Below, piece by piece: positions 1 to 14,026 of a stretch of 64,000 bases of DNA. Every line of letters begins with the position of its first letter. Position 1 is the stretch's first letter. The stretch lies in the NCBI GenBank assembly GCA_001600695.1, contig BCKQ01000003.1, positions 57,413-121,412 on the forward strand. Direction: 5' to 3'. The translations under genes and the position numbers were made by a program. Source of the DNA: Ascoidea asiatica JCM 7603. Taxonomy: Eukaryota > Fungi > Ascomycota. Under the pieces are notes generated by a model. That model was not told the origin of the DNA. It made no database searches and worked only from the letters and a program-made list of their open reading frames with translations.

Positions 1-3000
1 ACATGAATTATTCCTACCAATTCTGCTTAACTTAATGAGTTAGAGAAACCGGAATTCTCACTTGAAAACATCATACAATTGATTTCCTTTGATATGTTAC
101 CTAACTTTAGGTGAACTACAAACAGCCTGTCCTTAAGCCCATAAACACTTCGATTCACTTAGAAGTATTTCTGGCCATTCTCAAACCCTTCAGGAATATA
201 ACATAGTAAATTTCGAGTTGTTTCAGCAGATACGAATGCACCTGTCATAGCTGCAACATATATTTTGAATCCCAGTCCAACACAATACTTAAGCACGGCG
301 CTAATGGAAACAGAGTTTGCTACCCGAATTTTTCGCCATCAATAAACTGGGAATCTCTATTTCCAAAAACTAGTAATACTGCCTTAGCTAATCCAACTGG
401 CTTTCGGTTAAAAATCCATAGCAGTTTGATTACATTATTAGCCTTGTTCAAATTTCAATCAACAAAACGAATTTCAATTGATAAAATTGCTTGTCGCCTT
501 TTCAGTTCATAGGTTCCATTCAGTGATTTTATTAGGTTGTTTATAATCTTTAAGCTCAAAATCATTATCACCGGTAAACAATAATACCTCATCAAAATCT
601 TCCGCAGGTTCAGTGGCTGAATTATTTTGATAGACTTTCCTCTTTTGAGATGAAATATGTCGCTGTGTTTCTATTAGCTCAAAGGAAAATAACCTAACAG
701 AATTTCAAAAATCACATTGAACTGCAGAGTCTTCGCCTTGCTAAAATTGGAGGAATGATTATTTCTAGCATCCCGTGTTGTTATAAACAAAAGTAAGGGA
801 TTGGTGTATTTGAGAAAGTTAAAATTTAGCATTGTTCTAAAATCAACAGGTGGAAAACAGTTTCAAGAAAAATCTTTTAGTGCAACAAAATTAGGAGTAC
901 CATTCTCATTGTCACGAACGTAATAATATGACTTTACCGTGATATTTCCTTTTCTGAGTATGCAGTCTCGACCGAATATCGGCAATCTTGAACAACAATC
1001 GACATTTTGACCAAAAATCGGCAGTCTTGACGAATGTGAGCAAACTAGCCCCCCCCCCGGAGTAACTTTAACGCCGTTTTCTCAACTAAATGAGGAAACC
1101 ACCTGTTGACTAAGCTAATAGCTTCAGTATTACCGAACCGTCTGTTATTGAACTTCTATAATTTGGCTATCGGCCCCAATAAGTTATTCACTATGTTTTC
1201 TAAGTGTCCAACTTGATGGTCAACCCAACTATTATGACAGCCTCCATATGGCGGACTGTTTTCCGTAGATGCTGAAATTTATAAACTTCAGTTCATTATC
1301 GGCCTGGAGAATAGCAAGTTATCAATAAAGTAGCCTAATCCATTTCTACAATACCTTATTAAGGTTACCCAATATTGCGGGTTTCCTCCTTATTCTAATA
1401 ATTTCACCAACGAAAGAAACCTGCTACAGAAATATAATATTCCCAATTTCCGCTTACCGATTCACATGGTCCAATTGTGTCAGTATATAAAATACTCAAG
1501 CATTGTAAATACAGGGGTAATTTCACTGTATTATGACCGATTTCTTTAATTTAGGTTCCTCCACAAACACCACAGTTTCCAAACATTGTTCAAACTCTAA
1601 CGGATACTTTTATTTTAAGTTTTCTATTTGTTGGTACATATGGATCAGCATAATCCACGTGCAATCTAAAGATATTGTTATTTTTCGGAACTGTATCATT
1701 CAACATTATTATTTTCACAACATCTGCAACAACTTGACCACTGCTCAGCAAATTTTCAATCTTGAACTCGTTAGCTGGTTTTGAGATACTTACTTTTATA
1801 CTCGGAAGATCTTATCTTGTATTCAAGGTTTCTGATGTCTTTTGCCACTTTATAGGGATTTTCGTTAGAAATCTTTATACAATTAATAGCAAGAATATTA
1901 TTGTAATCAAATTCACTTTTCAAATCCACTGACCGTGAATTATGCAAAAATGAGTTTCAAACTGTTAGCACAGGAGTGTTACTCCAATAAACATGTACTA
2001 AAAAGTTTGCCTTCCACAGTTCACATTTACCAGAAGTAAACTCTATTAAAAACTTGACAGTGAAAGATTTATGTGAATTTCTACTATCTAAAATGTTCAC
2101 TGTGCCGACGAAAAACTGTTATTTTGAAGCTTTCCAGGTAGTATCAGTATTACTTCATCTTTCTTAGGCATCTTCTGCCAGGGTCATGGAATATCTTACA
2201 TTATTTTCAGACTCTTCTTTTACTATCATATTTAATATCCAGTTTTGACTTTTTTCTTCCGGCCAAATTTTCCAGGAAAACAACTTAAAATATTGGACAT
2301 CCCAACCGAATTTTTATTTGCTGCAATTACTGCTTTACATTCCCCTAGCTTATATTTAGTACCAGAAAATTTCAAGGTATAAACTCTATTTCGATTTTTC
2401 ATATTGAAATCAGCAAACTTTTTACTTCCAGCAGGTTCAATCAAGTGTTTCATACTCTTATCTAAAATAATTTGTCTGATGCTTTGAAGAGAAAAGTTTT
2501 TTCTTAATGTCAACTAGTAGAGCATGAGTTTTCCGTGCAAAGTGTAAGTCATCCGATAAATTTTTCGAGAACTGTTATTTTAACATAATTAGCAGGTATT
2601 ACAAGCCGCTTTCGATGACTAAAATGTTCTTTTGTATTTAACTGCGTGGCGCTGAAAGTAGTTCCAAAAATCTAATGAATGAGCAGGGCCAGCATGCCCA
2701 AAAGCATGCAATGAACTTGAAGCATTTTCACATAAATTACCATCCGTAATTAAACCATCAATGAAATTGAGAACTTTAACGGGCGAAGCTAAATTTTCAG
2801 AACAGCCCGTATACACCACTTCACAAAGGGTTTCTTTAATTTAAATACATAATTCACTGCTAAGTTGCGTTCATTAGATAGACTTACAGTCCCCTGGAAT
2901 ATGCTTCCGAACCAGAACCCCAGTTAAAATTGAATTATTCCGTATAAACTGATAATGATGGTTTGTAGCTGCTTACGGTCAATGAGCCTATATAGAGTTA

Positions 3001-3150
3001 GAATATTGTTTGGGAGCTTTAATATAGTAAGATGAGTCCATATTTCTTGTGTTCCAAATAAAGTGTTCTTATTTGACTTTTACCAAACAAACATACTGAT
3101 CAATAAGAACCAAACAATAAAAGCAGCCAATATCATTTGATATTTTTTAA
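1..3150 (-). mobile_element. Degenerate Ty1/copia retrotransposon (gag-PR-IN-RT relic); continues beyond the left edge
   Basis: Manual minus-strand translation gives copia domain order: protease-like ILDSRNSH (~2075-2098); integrase CGVC...ILYTDTIGP...EYYISV and AILQADNELKF (~1280-1580); RT VIKLLWIFNRK..AKAVLLVFGNRD, GAFVSAETTRNLLCYIPEG, RSVYGLK, ending GIIHV at base 1. Many stops and frameshifts. Right boundary approximate. Confidence 0.85.
962..1040. repeat. Degenerate ~20-bp tandem array (4 units)
   Basis: gcagtctcgaccgaatatcg / gcaatcttgaacaacaatcg / acattttgaccaaaaatcg / gcagtcttgacgaatgtg, followed by a C10 run. Confidence 0.6.
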
Positions 3151-3664
3151 TTGCTTAATTAATTACACTTCAATGATAAATTAACTGTAACTCTTTAACT
3201 ACATTACTCGGGCATACCTCATAACCTAATATACTGAGGCTACCTCTGATGGAGGATCTTTTTGGGACCATCATTCTGTATCTTAATTTAAACACTGCCT
3301 ATGTTCAATCTGTTTATCTGACAACTTGCTAAATTTCTCTGCTAAGCCATTGCGCATTAGACTCTCTTTTATACATGACGTAAGATGCATGGTACTTGGA
3401 AGAGTGGTCGCCTCGCACGTTTTCCAGTAGCGTATCAGCATTCACCATTGTTGCGAACCCCATAGTTCTTTCCTCTCTCTGGATACATCTGCTGAACCAC
3501 CAACAGATAACGCTTGTTTCATGGAATATATGTTGGTGTCCTAACCAGAGACCAGCTCTTGGACGCGAATTTAACGGCTAATAAACAACTAGCATGTTAA
3601 CCAATTTATAAAAAAGTCAAAACATATATACAATTATTTCATAGTGGCATCGCTCCCTGTCTCC

Positions 3665-4098
3665 TGTAGTAAACAAACCGTTATGCGACAAGGGATTAAA
3701 CACGGATATAACATTATTTTATTAGGGCCTTCTTCACGGCCCAGTCAGCATAAGCCGTGCCCGGTTGATAAGCTCTTGACATAATATTCATCTAGGACTT
3801 TTTCTTTACTAGCTATAGTTAACACGTTTACTTTAATGGTTAGGCAGGGATCGTTTATATAATATTTGCCGTGCATCCTGAAAAAACCAAACAAAAACAA
3901 GAAAAGTTTCGTGTATACGGTCTCCGTATATGAGACGATATGCAGATGGCAGTAATGCTCTTGGTCACCATACATTGTCTGTGAGGGTCAGTGATCAGTG
4001 GCAGATTATTCAAGTTTAATCAAAGTCGATTTGAAGTTCCGCGCCAGGAAATCTGTTAGTAAATTCTTCTGGACGCACTGTCAGTGTGGTTTTCTACA
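3665..4098. mobile_element. Candidate LTR (possibly the 5' LTR of the left copia relic)
   Basis: TGTAG...CTACA inverted termini, 434 bp, GC-richer than flanks, upstream of the minus-strand copia ORFs. No TSD, clear PBS or second copy in the window. Confidence 0.4.
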
Positions 4099-4482
4099 AG
4101 GTTGCATTTACTTATTTTGTGATTCTTCACATATTTAAATTGAACGGCTGTGACATTGGGCCTGTTTTGGTTTTAAATATTAAGGAAATCTAAAACGAAC
4201 CATAACTGACAGAAAATTCAATGATTTAGGCATAAACAAATGTTTTTGAAAAACTCTGTTTTTTTGCTAAATGGGCTACTTGTAGTGGTTAAGTGATTTT
4301 GTGTTATAACTCGTAAGCAGTTCAAGGTCTACTTCCAAGATATGCGATACTCTCTCCTCCATTTATTTAATAACTGCGTTATTTTTTGCCCTTAAATTCA
4401 GGTATACAGCAAACTAAAATTTCCTAATTTTGTTTCTGTCCCAGATTTAGGGGAACCCACCTGAAATTTGTCCTGTTTTTTT

Positions 4483-4680
4483 TGTAATGAAGGGGTCTAT
4501 CTAGATTATATTTAGTTCCCTAACAGTATTTTTTGAAGCTATATATTTCGAATTGCTTAAGTATTAGAATTAACATTCATTGTAAAAATTAAGGGAGTAC
4601 GTATTTATATAAATGGAATAAATCCTATAATTAATTGGTGATGACACATAATACGGGTTGGCCCAATAGTGTTCATTACA
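4483..4680 (-). repeat. 3' LTR of the gypsy element (198 bp)
   Basis: Perfect 9-bp terminal inverted repeat TGTAATGAA...TTCATTACA, directly preceded on the minus strand by polypurine tract AAGAGAAGGATGG (4681-4693). Homologous to 19588-19790. Confidence 0.85.
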
Positions 4681-7600
4681 CCATCCTTCTCTTAAAAGAG
4701 GCATTAACAAAACTTTGAAGTAGTAAAATAAAAGTTGAATTTGATAATTGATAAAATTATCTGTAAAAAGATTGAATTAACTAAAATCGAATTATTCGGA
4801 ATATACTTTAATATTATTATATTTGTGAATTTTCGGAATTGTTATTGTATTCAATAGTTTTAGACTTTTGTTTTTTTGTTTTTGATTTTTTTGATTGATT
4901 ATTTGATTATTTGATTATGCTATTGTTTTATGATCCTATTTATCTATTATTCCATTATTGTCTTATAATCTTATTATTTTATTATATTATTATATTATTA
5001 TATTACTATATTATTAATAGAATAAGTATCTAATAATGATAGTATTGTATGAGAACAAAAAATGTAATTCCTTTAATTCCTTTAATAGTAGTTATAAAAG
5101 TCTTCACTGTTACAATTAAAACACCATAGTAAAGTAAGGATGTTTGTAATTACTGGTTTTGAGTTTTCAAAAATCACATGTTACCAACTTATAAATTTGT
5201 CAACAAAAAAAAGATAAAAATTTGAAACACAAATTGAACAAAAATTTGTTGTTCAATTAATAAAAATTGATTTGATAAGAAATACATTAAAAAATAAAAA
5301 AAAAGGTGGAATAAAAAGACAAATTAAGCAATGGTCATGAGCTTTTGCACATTAATATGATGTAGTTATTTTTTAAAACTTCTATGTATAAGCGTTTTTA
5401 TGATTGAAAATGATTTACTAAATTTTTAATTTGAAATTATATGTGAATATTGTTATTTATTTGGTGAAATATATTGAGTGCAAGATAATGAATAGGCATA
5501 TTTTATTGATGAATTAAACGGGTATAGAAGGATGGTATTATTTTAGAAAAATGTGTTGAATACTATGAAACAATTTTATGTTGAATACAAATGTTTTTGT
5601 TATTTGTGAAATATTTCATTTTAATTACTAATAATTGTTGAAATTTTAAATAATTAAATGGATTTTAACTGAGAGTATGAATTCCTTCCTGTCTCTTGTA
5701 AAAATTGATTTAATTCTTTAAAATATATTAATGATTGTCCTAACTTGACTGGAAAATTTGAAAATTATGATTACCCTAGTCTTTTTATTACAGTCTTTAT
5801 AATTGAGTTGATATTTCTTAGTATTATTATTATAAGTTTGAATTATTAATTTTTGATTTATTTAACTTGCTCTTAATTTTTGTTGAGTATAATTTGATGG
5901 AACGTTTTTTGGATATTGTAGAAAATGATAATGATTAAGTCAATTATAATGAAAGCTTGATGAACTTTTGTATTCTAATTTGTAATTGCAATCTATATGA
6001 ATTAACATTGAATTTCTTAATTACTCTAAAAGGACCTTCAAAAATTGACTGATATTCATTTCTATAACTAGTGAATATTTTTTTATGAACTAATACAAAG
6101 TGTGCAGTTTTAAATGTTCTTTTATTATGATTTTTATTATAAAACTTCCGTTGATTTAATTTAGGATCTGTAACTTGAGTTTCAATAGATTTTAAAAACT
6201 CTTTTTGATTTTCTGCAAAAGCATTTGCTATTGAACTAATATTTAATAAGTTTGATTCTTCTACTGATCATGTTGAATTAAAATATAAATCCATTTCATA
6301 TCTAGTTAAACGTGTTGATTCTAGTATTTGTGAAGTGATATTGTATTTTAAAATACCAAAATAAAAAGGCCAACTAGTTAAATCAAAAGATGCTAAGTTT
6401 GTAATTTGATTTCTAATTAATTTTTTAATTATTTCTAATAATCCTCTAGTTCCTTTATGATTTGTTGTTGACATTGATATTTTAACTTTGAAATGAATCA
6501 CGATTGTTTCACAAATTGAACAAACGAATAATCTATCCCTATTTGAACTCATATTTCATGGTAAACCAAGAAGTCGTAAATAATTGTATATGAGTAATTT
6601 CTTCTTCTGTTGTTATTGTTTCAGTAACAAAAAATAATATTTTTCTTTTTGTTAATTTATCGATTATTACCCAAATTGAATATTTTGAGCCTGTTTCGTT
6701 AGATGATTTTGAAATGGTAGGGAAATAAATTATATTTCATTCCAATTTCTGTCGTGGTGGATAATTTGATATTAATTTTCCATTTTTTAAAATTGAATCA
6801 TTATTTTTTTGACATCCATAACAAGACTGACTTTCCTTTTTGATTTTTTCTTTTAATTTAGGCATATAAAATTATCTATTGATGAGAACGTAAGTTCCAA
6901 AAATTCCAGAATATCAATGATTTGAATTAAAATATCAGAAAACTTGAAATGAAAATTTTTCTGGAACGCAAATGCTGAAAGTTTCTGGATTATTAGCATT
7001 ATCATAAGATACGTTATGATTTTCTAATTTAAAAACTTTTATGCTAGGTTTGAATTTATTTGCAATAATGAATAGTTCTCTTTATTATTCGACTCTGAAT
7101 CTGGTTGATTTTCTTTAAATATTTATAAATTTTTGAAAACTAAAGATCTGTTGAATAACCATCTGAGATTGATTCTAGGAGTGTATTTCTTCTAATGTGT
7201 ATTTATGTTTCACTTAATAATATCGAAAAATGATTTAATTCTATCTTTGATAAAATATCGGCAGAACCAATCTTAACTCATCTTCTATGGAGGAGTGGCC
7301 AATCGAGTTCAGGTACAGTATCGAACCATCTATTAATTCTTCCTTTTAGTTGATGATTTGGGTTGAGCATTGATTTTAAACTTTCATGATCTGTTATTAT
7401 TTGAAATCTTTTGCCATGGAAATAATGCAGACCAAACCTTAATGATTCGATAATTGCTAAAAATTCTTTTTTTCTTATTCGATACTTCTTTTCTGCTTTT
7501 TTAAAATTCTTAAAAATATACATTACTCGTACATATGAGGGTTTAATTTTGTTAATTTTTTCTCGATTTTCCTTTAATAATCTTTTGGAGTTTAAATTTT

Positions 7601-10600
7601 TATTTTCTTCTCATTCTTCCAAAACTCCTCCTAATGCAAATTCACTTGCATCTGTTGAGAATCTGCATGATGATGAAAGATTTGGAATTCTTAAAAATCG
7701 AATTGATAAAATTTCTTCTTTTAATTAATTGCATGATGAAATACTCTGATGATGTAATGAAAGTTTTTTTATTATTTAGTTCAATTATTTGAAAGGTGCT
7801 CTTTGCAAAATTTTGAATTAAATTTGTATAATAATTCATAAAGCCATAGAAACTATGTAACTCGTTGCGGGAATATAATTTGTAATTTTTTCATTTTTCA
7901 TGATTTGAAGGTGGTATTCAATATTTTTAATTTTAAATCCTAAAAAGATTAATTCGTGAACAAAAAAATTTTATTTTTCTTCCTTGATAAATAAAAGATT
8001 TTCTTTTAATATATTAAAACGTTTCTCTGATAAAATTGAATTTGAATCTAAATTTTTTGAAACAACTAAGATATTGTCTAAATACACGATTTCTCTATTT
8101 AAATAAAGATGTTTAAAAATTGAATAAATGAATTTATAAAATGATGATGGTAACGTCGTGATTCCAAATGGAGCTGCTTTATAATTGTACTTACCAAACA
8201 CACTTGTAATTGTAGTAAATGTTTCACTTTTTTCTGTTAATTTTAATTCATTATACCCTGAAGTTAAATCTATTTCTGAATAAAGTTTTGCACTGAATAA
8301 ATTTTCTAACGAACTATCAATATGCTTTAAAGGAAAAATATAATTATTTTTGGTAATTTGGTGTAATGTTCTATAATCTGCTAGTAAAGGATATTTTGAT
8401 ATATTATTTTTCTTTACTAAAAACCTGGTGTTAAAAATTGAGATTCTACCTCTTCCTCAATTGAAATTTTTCATTCCTTTAATAATTGAGTAATTAAACT
8501 TTTCTATTCTTGTGTTTCCCAGTAGGATAATTTATAACATCTTGGTAATGTATTTTTTCGATCTCATTCTTCTCCTGGTCGAAGTTCTCATTCTTTAGCG
8601 TTGACTTTTTTTTGGGTGGTAAGAATGTTAGGTCTACAAAAATTTGTCGATTCTGTCTAAAATTTGATGAATAAATGGTGAATTTTTAACGTCTTTCTCC
8701 TCTTCTTTAAAATTTGATGTAAATATATAAATAACTTTGTTAATTGATTGAATTTCTGAATTTTTCTTTAATTTCAAAATTGAAAATGGTATTAGCTGAT
8801 TCTAATGCAATATGATTAATTTCAATTTCAGACGATGAAGAAGATGATAAATTTCATGAATGATTTGAAGTTGGAATTGAATATTATCAATTTTCACTTA
8901 AATTCTTTGAAGGTTTTGAATTTGGAGTTAAATTCTTTGAGTTTTTTGAATGCTCAAATTTATCATTTCGATATGCTACATTTTTTGAATTTAATTTTTC
9001 TTTAATTATATGATTTTGTAAATCTACATTTTATTGGTTAAAACGGTAAAACGTAATCGTAAATCATATTTTTCCATATCAATGGGGAATAAACTAATTT
9101 CTTTTGACTGTTGATTAAAATCTGAAATATTGAATGATGTTAAATTGGAAATTGTTTTATTTCACCTTTGATCTAAAATTTCACTTTTGACTTTTACTGT
9201 ACATATTGGAAATGTTTCTAAATTTAATGATGTTACCATATCTGATGAAATTAAATTTGATGTTCATCATAAACCTATTAATGCTATTCTGTTTAAATTG
9301 AATTTATTGATTTTAAGTTCTACTACAAATAATGGTTTGATTGGTAAAAAAGATTTTTCTGCTGTTTTGATTTCCCTATGACTCTAGTTAATTTCATTGA
9401 AATCATTATTTCTTTTTAATGTTAACTTTAGTAATTGAATCGAATTTGCTGAAACTGAATTTAATTCTGTTTTGCATACTTCTGAGTCATCAAACTCAAT
9501 TGGCTTATCCGAATTTGAATTCGAATTAATATAATTATTATTATTACCATTATTTTGCTTGTAATATCTATTCGCATTATTGTAATTAGCTCTATAAGTA
9601 GTTCCTCTATAATTATTATTTCCTTTGTTACGGTTTTGATGATGGACAAAAGTCCCTTTATCGTTGTTTCTATTGCTATTACTATAATTTCCTCCATGAT
9701 TGGAATGATAATTACTATTGTCATTAATTGAATTTCTCGTGTTTTGATTATTTCCATTTTTATTACTATAAGTACTATTATTATTAAAGTTTCCATTATT
9801 GTTAAACTTTCTATTATTTGTACCCCTATTATTAAAGTTACGATTATTATAATTTGAGGTTGTATTATTCAATGCTGAGTTATAATCTGATGAAATAATC
9901 AATAAATCACAAAACTTTTTCATTTCAATGAAGTTGTTATTTTAATGTATAGTTGAACTTCATCTTTTAATGAATGAACTTATTGATCTTTTACTGATGA
10001 TTTGTGTTTTATAGATGCTGGAATCTTGTAACTAATTGTTGACATTTCTGACTGAATGGAAAACCAAACACTGATTTGTTTTAAGTCATAATATCTTCTG
10101 ATCAGTGTTTCTTTATATCCTGAAGGTCTGAATTGACTTTTCAATAATTCTTTAATTTTTGAAAATGTGTAGAAATTTGAAGTTAAAATATTTTAGCCAA
10201 TGACTGCTCAATCTTTTAAATGAAATTTCATATTTGTGATTCGATCAGGTACGCTCACGTAAGATAATATACAAAGTTTTTCCTAATTTTCTAACCATGA
10301 ACTTGTCTATTCAGCCAGGAAATATTCACTTTTAGTACTAGGTTTTCGCTTGAATACTTCTTGTGATGGAGTCTTTAATTCCTTATAGACCGCCCTAGTT
10401 GCTAGTGCTGAATGCTTAAAAATTGATTTATATGCTGATACTTTCGTTCAATAATTTGTTTAACTTTATTTATTTGATTTGCAGTTAATTCATATCATAA
10501 TAAATTCATCGTTTCTTGTTATTGGTTATACATTTCAGTTTTTCCAGAGGTCCGATTAGATAAACTTTCTAGTGTTTCCTGGAACATACATTCTAATTTT

Positions 10601-11016
10601 TGAATGGATAATATTTTTATTAATATATTTTCTCTGATGTTAATGGTTTCTAATTTTGATTACTGTGTTTAGGCTTTAATTCCGCCTTTGGGGGGGGGTT
10701 GATTTGCTGGTTGACGAATATTGAATGTTGGATTTAGTAGCAGGATTGTTGAATTTCAATGTTTGGACTTTTAAACTTCAATTTAGGATTTCTAGTTTCC
10801 AACTTCATATTTCTAATTGGCCGATTGTTTATGAGTGTTATATTAGCAATTGATGTCTAGTAATTGTACACCAGTGCAATCAATTCTTCAACATATTTCT
10901 CAAATATTTGGCTGTCAAAGTGTGAATTATTTTCTGATTAAGTTTCTGTAAAATGGTTGTTTCTAAATAAATGAATATGTGAGGTCTTGATTTGTTTGAA
11001 ACCCTAAAATTAAGCC

Positions 11017-11028
11017 GCGGCGTTACCA
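11017..11028 (-). other. Primer-binding site of the gypsy element (3' end of tRNA-iMet)
   Basis: Minus strand TGGTAACGCCGC, one mismatch to TGGTAGCGCCGC (complement of yeast initiator tRNA 3' end). Lies 2 nt from the LTR-like end TGGAATGAA at 11031. Confidence 0.8.
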
Positions 11029-13978
11029 AGTGGAATGAATCTCTTTACCTAAAAAAAAAGTAGTTAGTTTTGTAAAAAATTCATTGAGGATAGATATTGC
11101 GTGTTAGAATCCAATAAAATAATTCTCTTTCTAAGAGAGGTTTTCAGAATCTTCTATTCATACTTTTTACGAGAATATAGGTTATGTACGGTGTTATGGT
11201 CATGGACGGCGGGACCAAAATTTCACATTTGTACTACCAGATACTGGAAGTGAACATATTGGAATATGTGAGTTTGCAATCAAGGTTTACTTTTGAAATT
11301 ACATAGTCAAAGCCAATTGCACTATGGAGTCTGGAGTACAATTTCAGCAACTTAATACTTTTCTTTATGTTATTTTGTTGAGTAAAATAATATAAATAGA
11401 CCTTTGATTTCCTTTTTATTTCATTTCATATTACTCTGTTTTTTTGTTCTTCACCAAATTATATATATAACAATAATATAATTCCAAAAGTGCAGTTACT
11501 CATATCTCATGACATTTACCGTCGTGTCGGATTTATACTTAATTTTTATATGCAACATTTGGTCACCTGATTTCGCATATTAAAATTTTGAAATTGCTAG
11601 ATTTCTAGGTTTTCCGTTACTCGTATTGGAACATTTAATCACACTTAAATAAGGTTAAGGACTTTCACATTCATTACCTGGAAGCTCGTTGTCTACTCCG
11701 ATCAGAATTGTTTCTCAAATTACTGGACTAGCCTAGAGATACGGTGAATTATTACCATCGTTGGCAACGGACCGCTGAGTAGTTTCTGTTAGATTATTTG
11801 TTTTAGAAGAACGCTTTCTGATACCAGAAAGATAAGTTTTTTTCCCTTCTTAAGTTGCTTTTGAAATTGAAAAAAAAATAAATATAAAAATTGAATAAAA
11901 ATAAAAACAAAAAATAAAACTAAAACACTTTTTTTAATTGAATTTATATGTTTATTCAATTATTTTATTTTAAAACTATCAATTGAAATGGAACAATTAC
12001 CTTTAGGTCCTTTTAGTTTCAATAATATTGCTGGTTATTCTTTAGGTAATAAGGAATTATAGCAGAAGACATCCAAAAATTTAATAACTTCTTTAACCCA
12101 AAATCCTTTAATGAAGAAAGCTGATGCTGGTGTTTAAATTCCGTTATTTCTTGAATGGTTCATTGGTCGTATTAGTTACTTGTTAGCGCATCACATTTTC
12201 AATTACTAATTGTTGCTTCCCGAAACATTCGCTGTTTGAATCAAATCTTTTTTCGCTCAAGACTAAATTAATCACCGTGCCACTAATTTAAATGGTGTTC
12301 AATTGTTTCTAGGTATTGAAACACAATATTCTAAGCTTAATGTTGGTGATGAAATTGAACTAATTGATCAATTCTTTTCTAAATTTAAAACATGGAATGC
12401 TGTTGAGCTGCATCAACAATTTAGTATCCTAAGGTTTTATATTCCTGATTTTACTAGCTTAGGTTCTCGCTTAGGTTTAATGTCTTTGAATAAAGAACAA
12501 AGATTAGACTATCTTAGATTTTGTCATATGTTGGCTAAGATAATGCTGCTAAGACTAAATAATATTTCTTTATGAAACGTTTTAAGTGCAGCGGATGAAT
12601 TTTCTGCAAAATCTAATATTGATACTAACTTATTCGTAAACGCTATTATATCAATGGTCGTAACAAGAATAATAAGATCAATAATAAAAAGCAGAATAAA
12701 AAGAAATTTTGCAAGAAACGTAAAACTAATAAACCTGATTATAAAAATGATGTTAAACAACATAATCAAAGTAACGAGAGTAATAAAATGGATATTACTG
12801 AAAAAGCTTTGGTTTTAAATACAAGGGATGATGATTATCATGACGCTGTTTCATGTTTTCTCAAAGCGAATGCCTTACTAGCTAAGGTTAACAATAAAAA
12901 TCATTTCGTTATTGATTCAGGTTCAAGCCCTCATGTCACAAATAATCTTTATGAGATGGCTCCTGCTTCTACTAAACATGTAAAAATTCCTATCAATGGT
13001 ATTTATGGTGGTACTATCGTTACTAAATGTAGAATTCTTAATTCTTCATTAACATCTACTAGGGTTCTTTATGTTCCTAATGGTGATTACAAAATTTGTT
13101 TTATCTTTAAGTAAATTACTGGAAATAGCTATAAAAAGTAATGTTTTTTCTGATATAATTGAATTGATTAAAGTTGGCGAAACATTCACTGCTGAATTAA
13201 ACGGTGGGTTATAGTTTTTAAACATATCTAAAACTCCAGTAGTATTGTCAGTATTTGGTCCTTCCGCGGATTCAAAACAAGGTGAAGAAAACTCAACCAA
13301 ATTTATAATTCAAAGTTTTCATGAACAATTAAATAATTTGCCATTGAAACCTTTACTTGGTGAATTATCAAAAAAACGTTATCATAATCTTACTTCTTCA
13401 ATAGTAAACCAGGCTATCAGTGCATGTTCTACATGCTCCAATGAAATGAAACGTAACAAAGATTCTGCTAGAAGTTTAAATACCTGATTTTATATGCGGT
13501 GAACATCTATGGGTTGATTTAATAGGTCCATTTAATCACTGTTTTGCTCTCATTACTATTGATGACAAAAGTAAATATACAATTGGAACAGTTATTAAAT
13601 GAAGCACTCTTGTTTAACATAAGCTGATTGAAATTTTAAACACCTTCAGAAAGATATTATCTCTCAGGAATAAACAGATGGTCTATATGCGTTATGACAA
13701 TGAATTTCAAACAAAAAAATTAACTGATTAGAAAATCAATGGTATTCAACCGAAATGTACTGCTGCTAATCAGAGTCATCAAAATGGCAGTATTGAACAA
13801 TTCAATTCCTATATTCGAAGAAAAATCGGATTAACGTTAGGACACTCTCGTATTCCAATCGAATTTTCGAATTTGGAACTCATGCATAATATGGTTTTCC
13901 CTAATTATTTATATGGATATAAGTCAAACTTTTCTGCATGGCAAATAATTAGAGTATCTGAAAAAGGTTTACACCGGA

Positions 13979-14026
13979 AACAATTACATGTTTTTGGTTA
14001 TGCAACAATTACATGTTTTTGGTTAT
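13979..14026. repeat. Tandem duplication (23-bp unit, 25-bp period) inside the copia integrase
   Basis: aacaattacatgtttttggttat occurs at 13979 and 14004. Confidence 0.85.

Larger units (their letters stand above)
4483..11101 (-). mobile_element. Degenerate Ty3/gypsy retrotransposon
   Basis: Minus-strand order: gag (~10400-9384); decayed protease (RIALIGL**TSNLIS); RT (FGKYNYKAAPFGIT..IVYLDNILVVS); RNase H (KEFLAIIESL..FQIITDHESL); integrase (WVIIDKLTK; FEGPFRV ~6030). Has 3' LTR, PPT and PBS. Riddled with stops. Confidence 0.92.

Noticed and set aside
3240-3600. Coding-like GC-richer segment upstream of the left copia gag
   Set aside because: All frames are interrupted and I could not assign any domain
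4273-4338. tRNA-like words (tagtggttaa ... gttcaagg) near the gypsy LTR
   Set aside because: No acceptor, anticodon or T-stem pairing; not a tRNA
9384-9386. In-frame TAG between gypsy gag and protease as a read-through site
   Set aside because: Stops are dense throughout this element, so it cannot be told from decay
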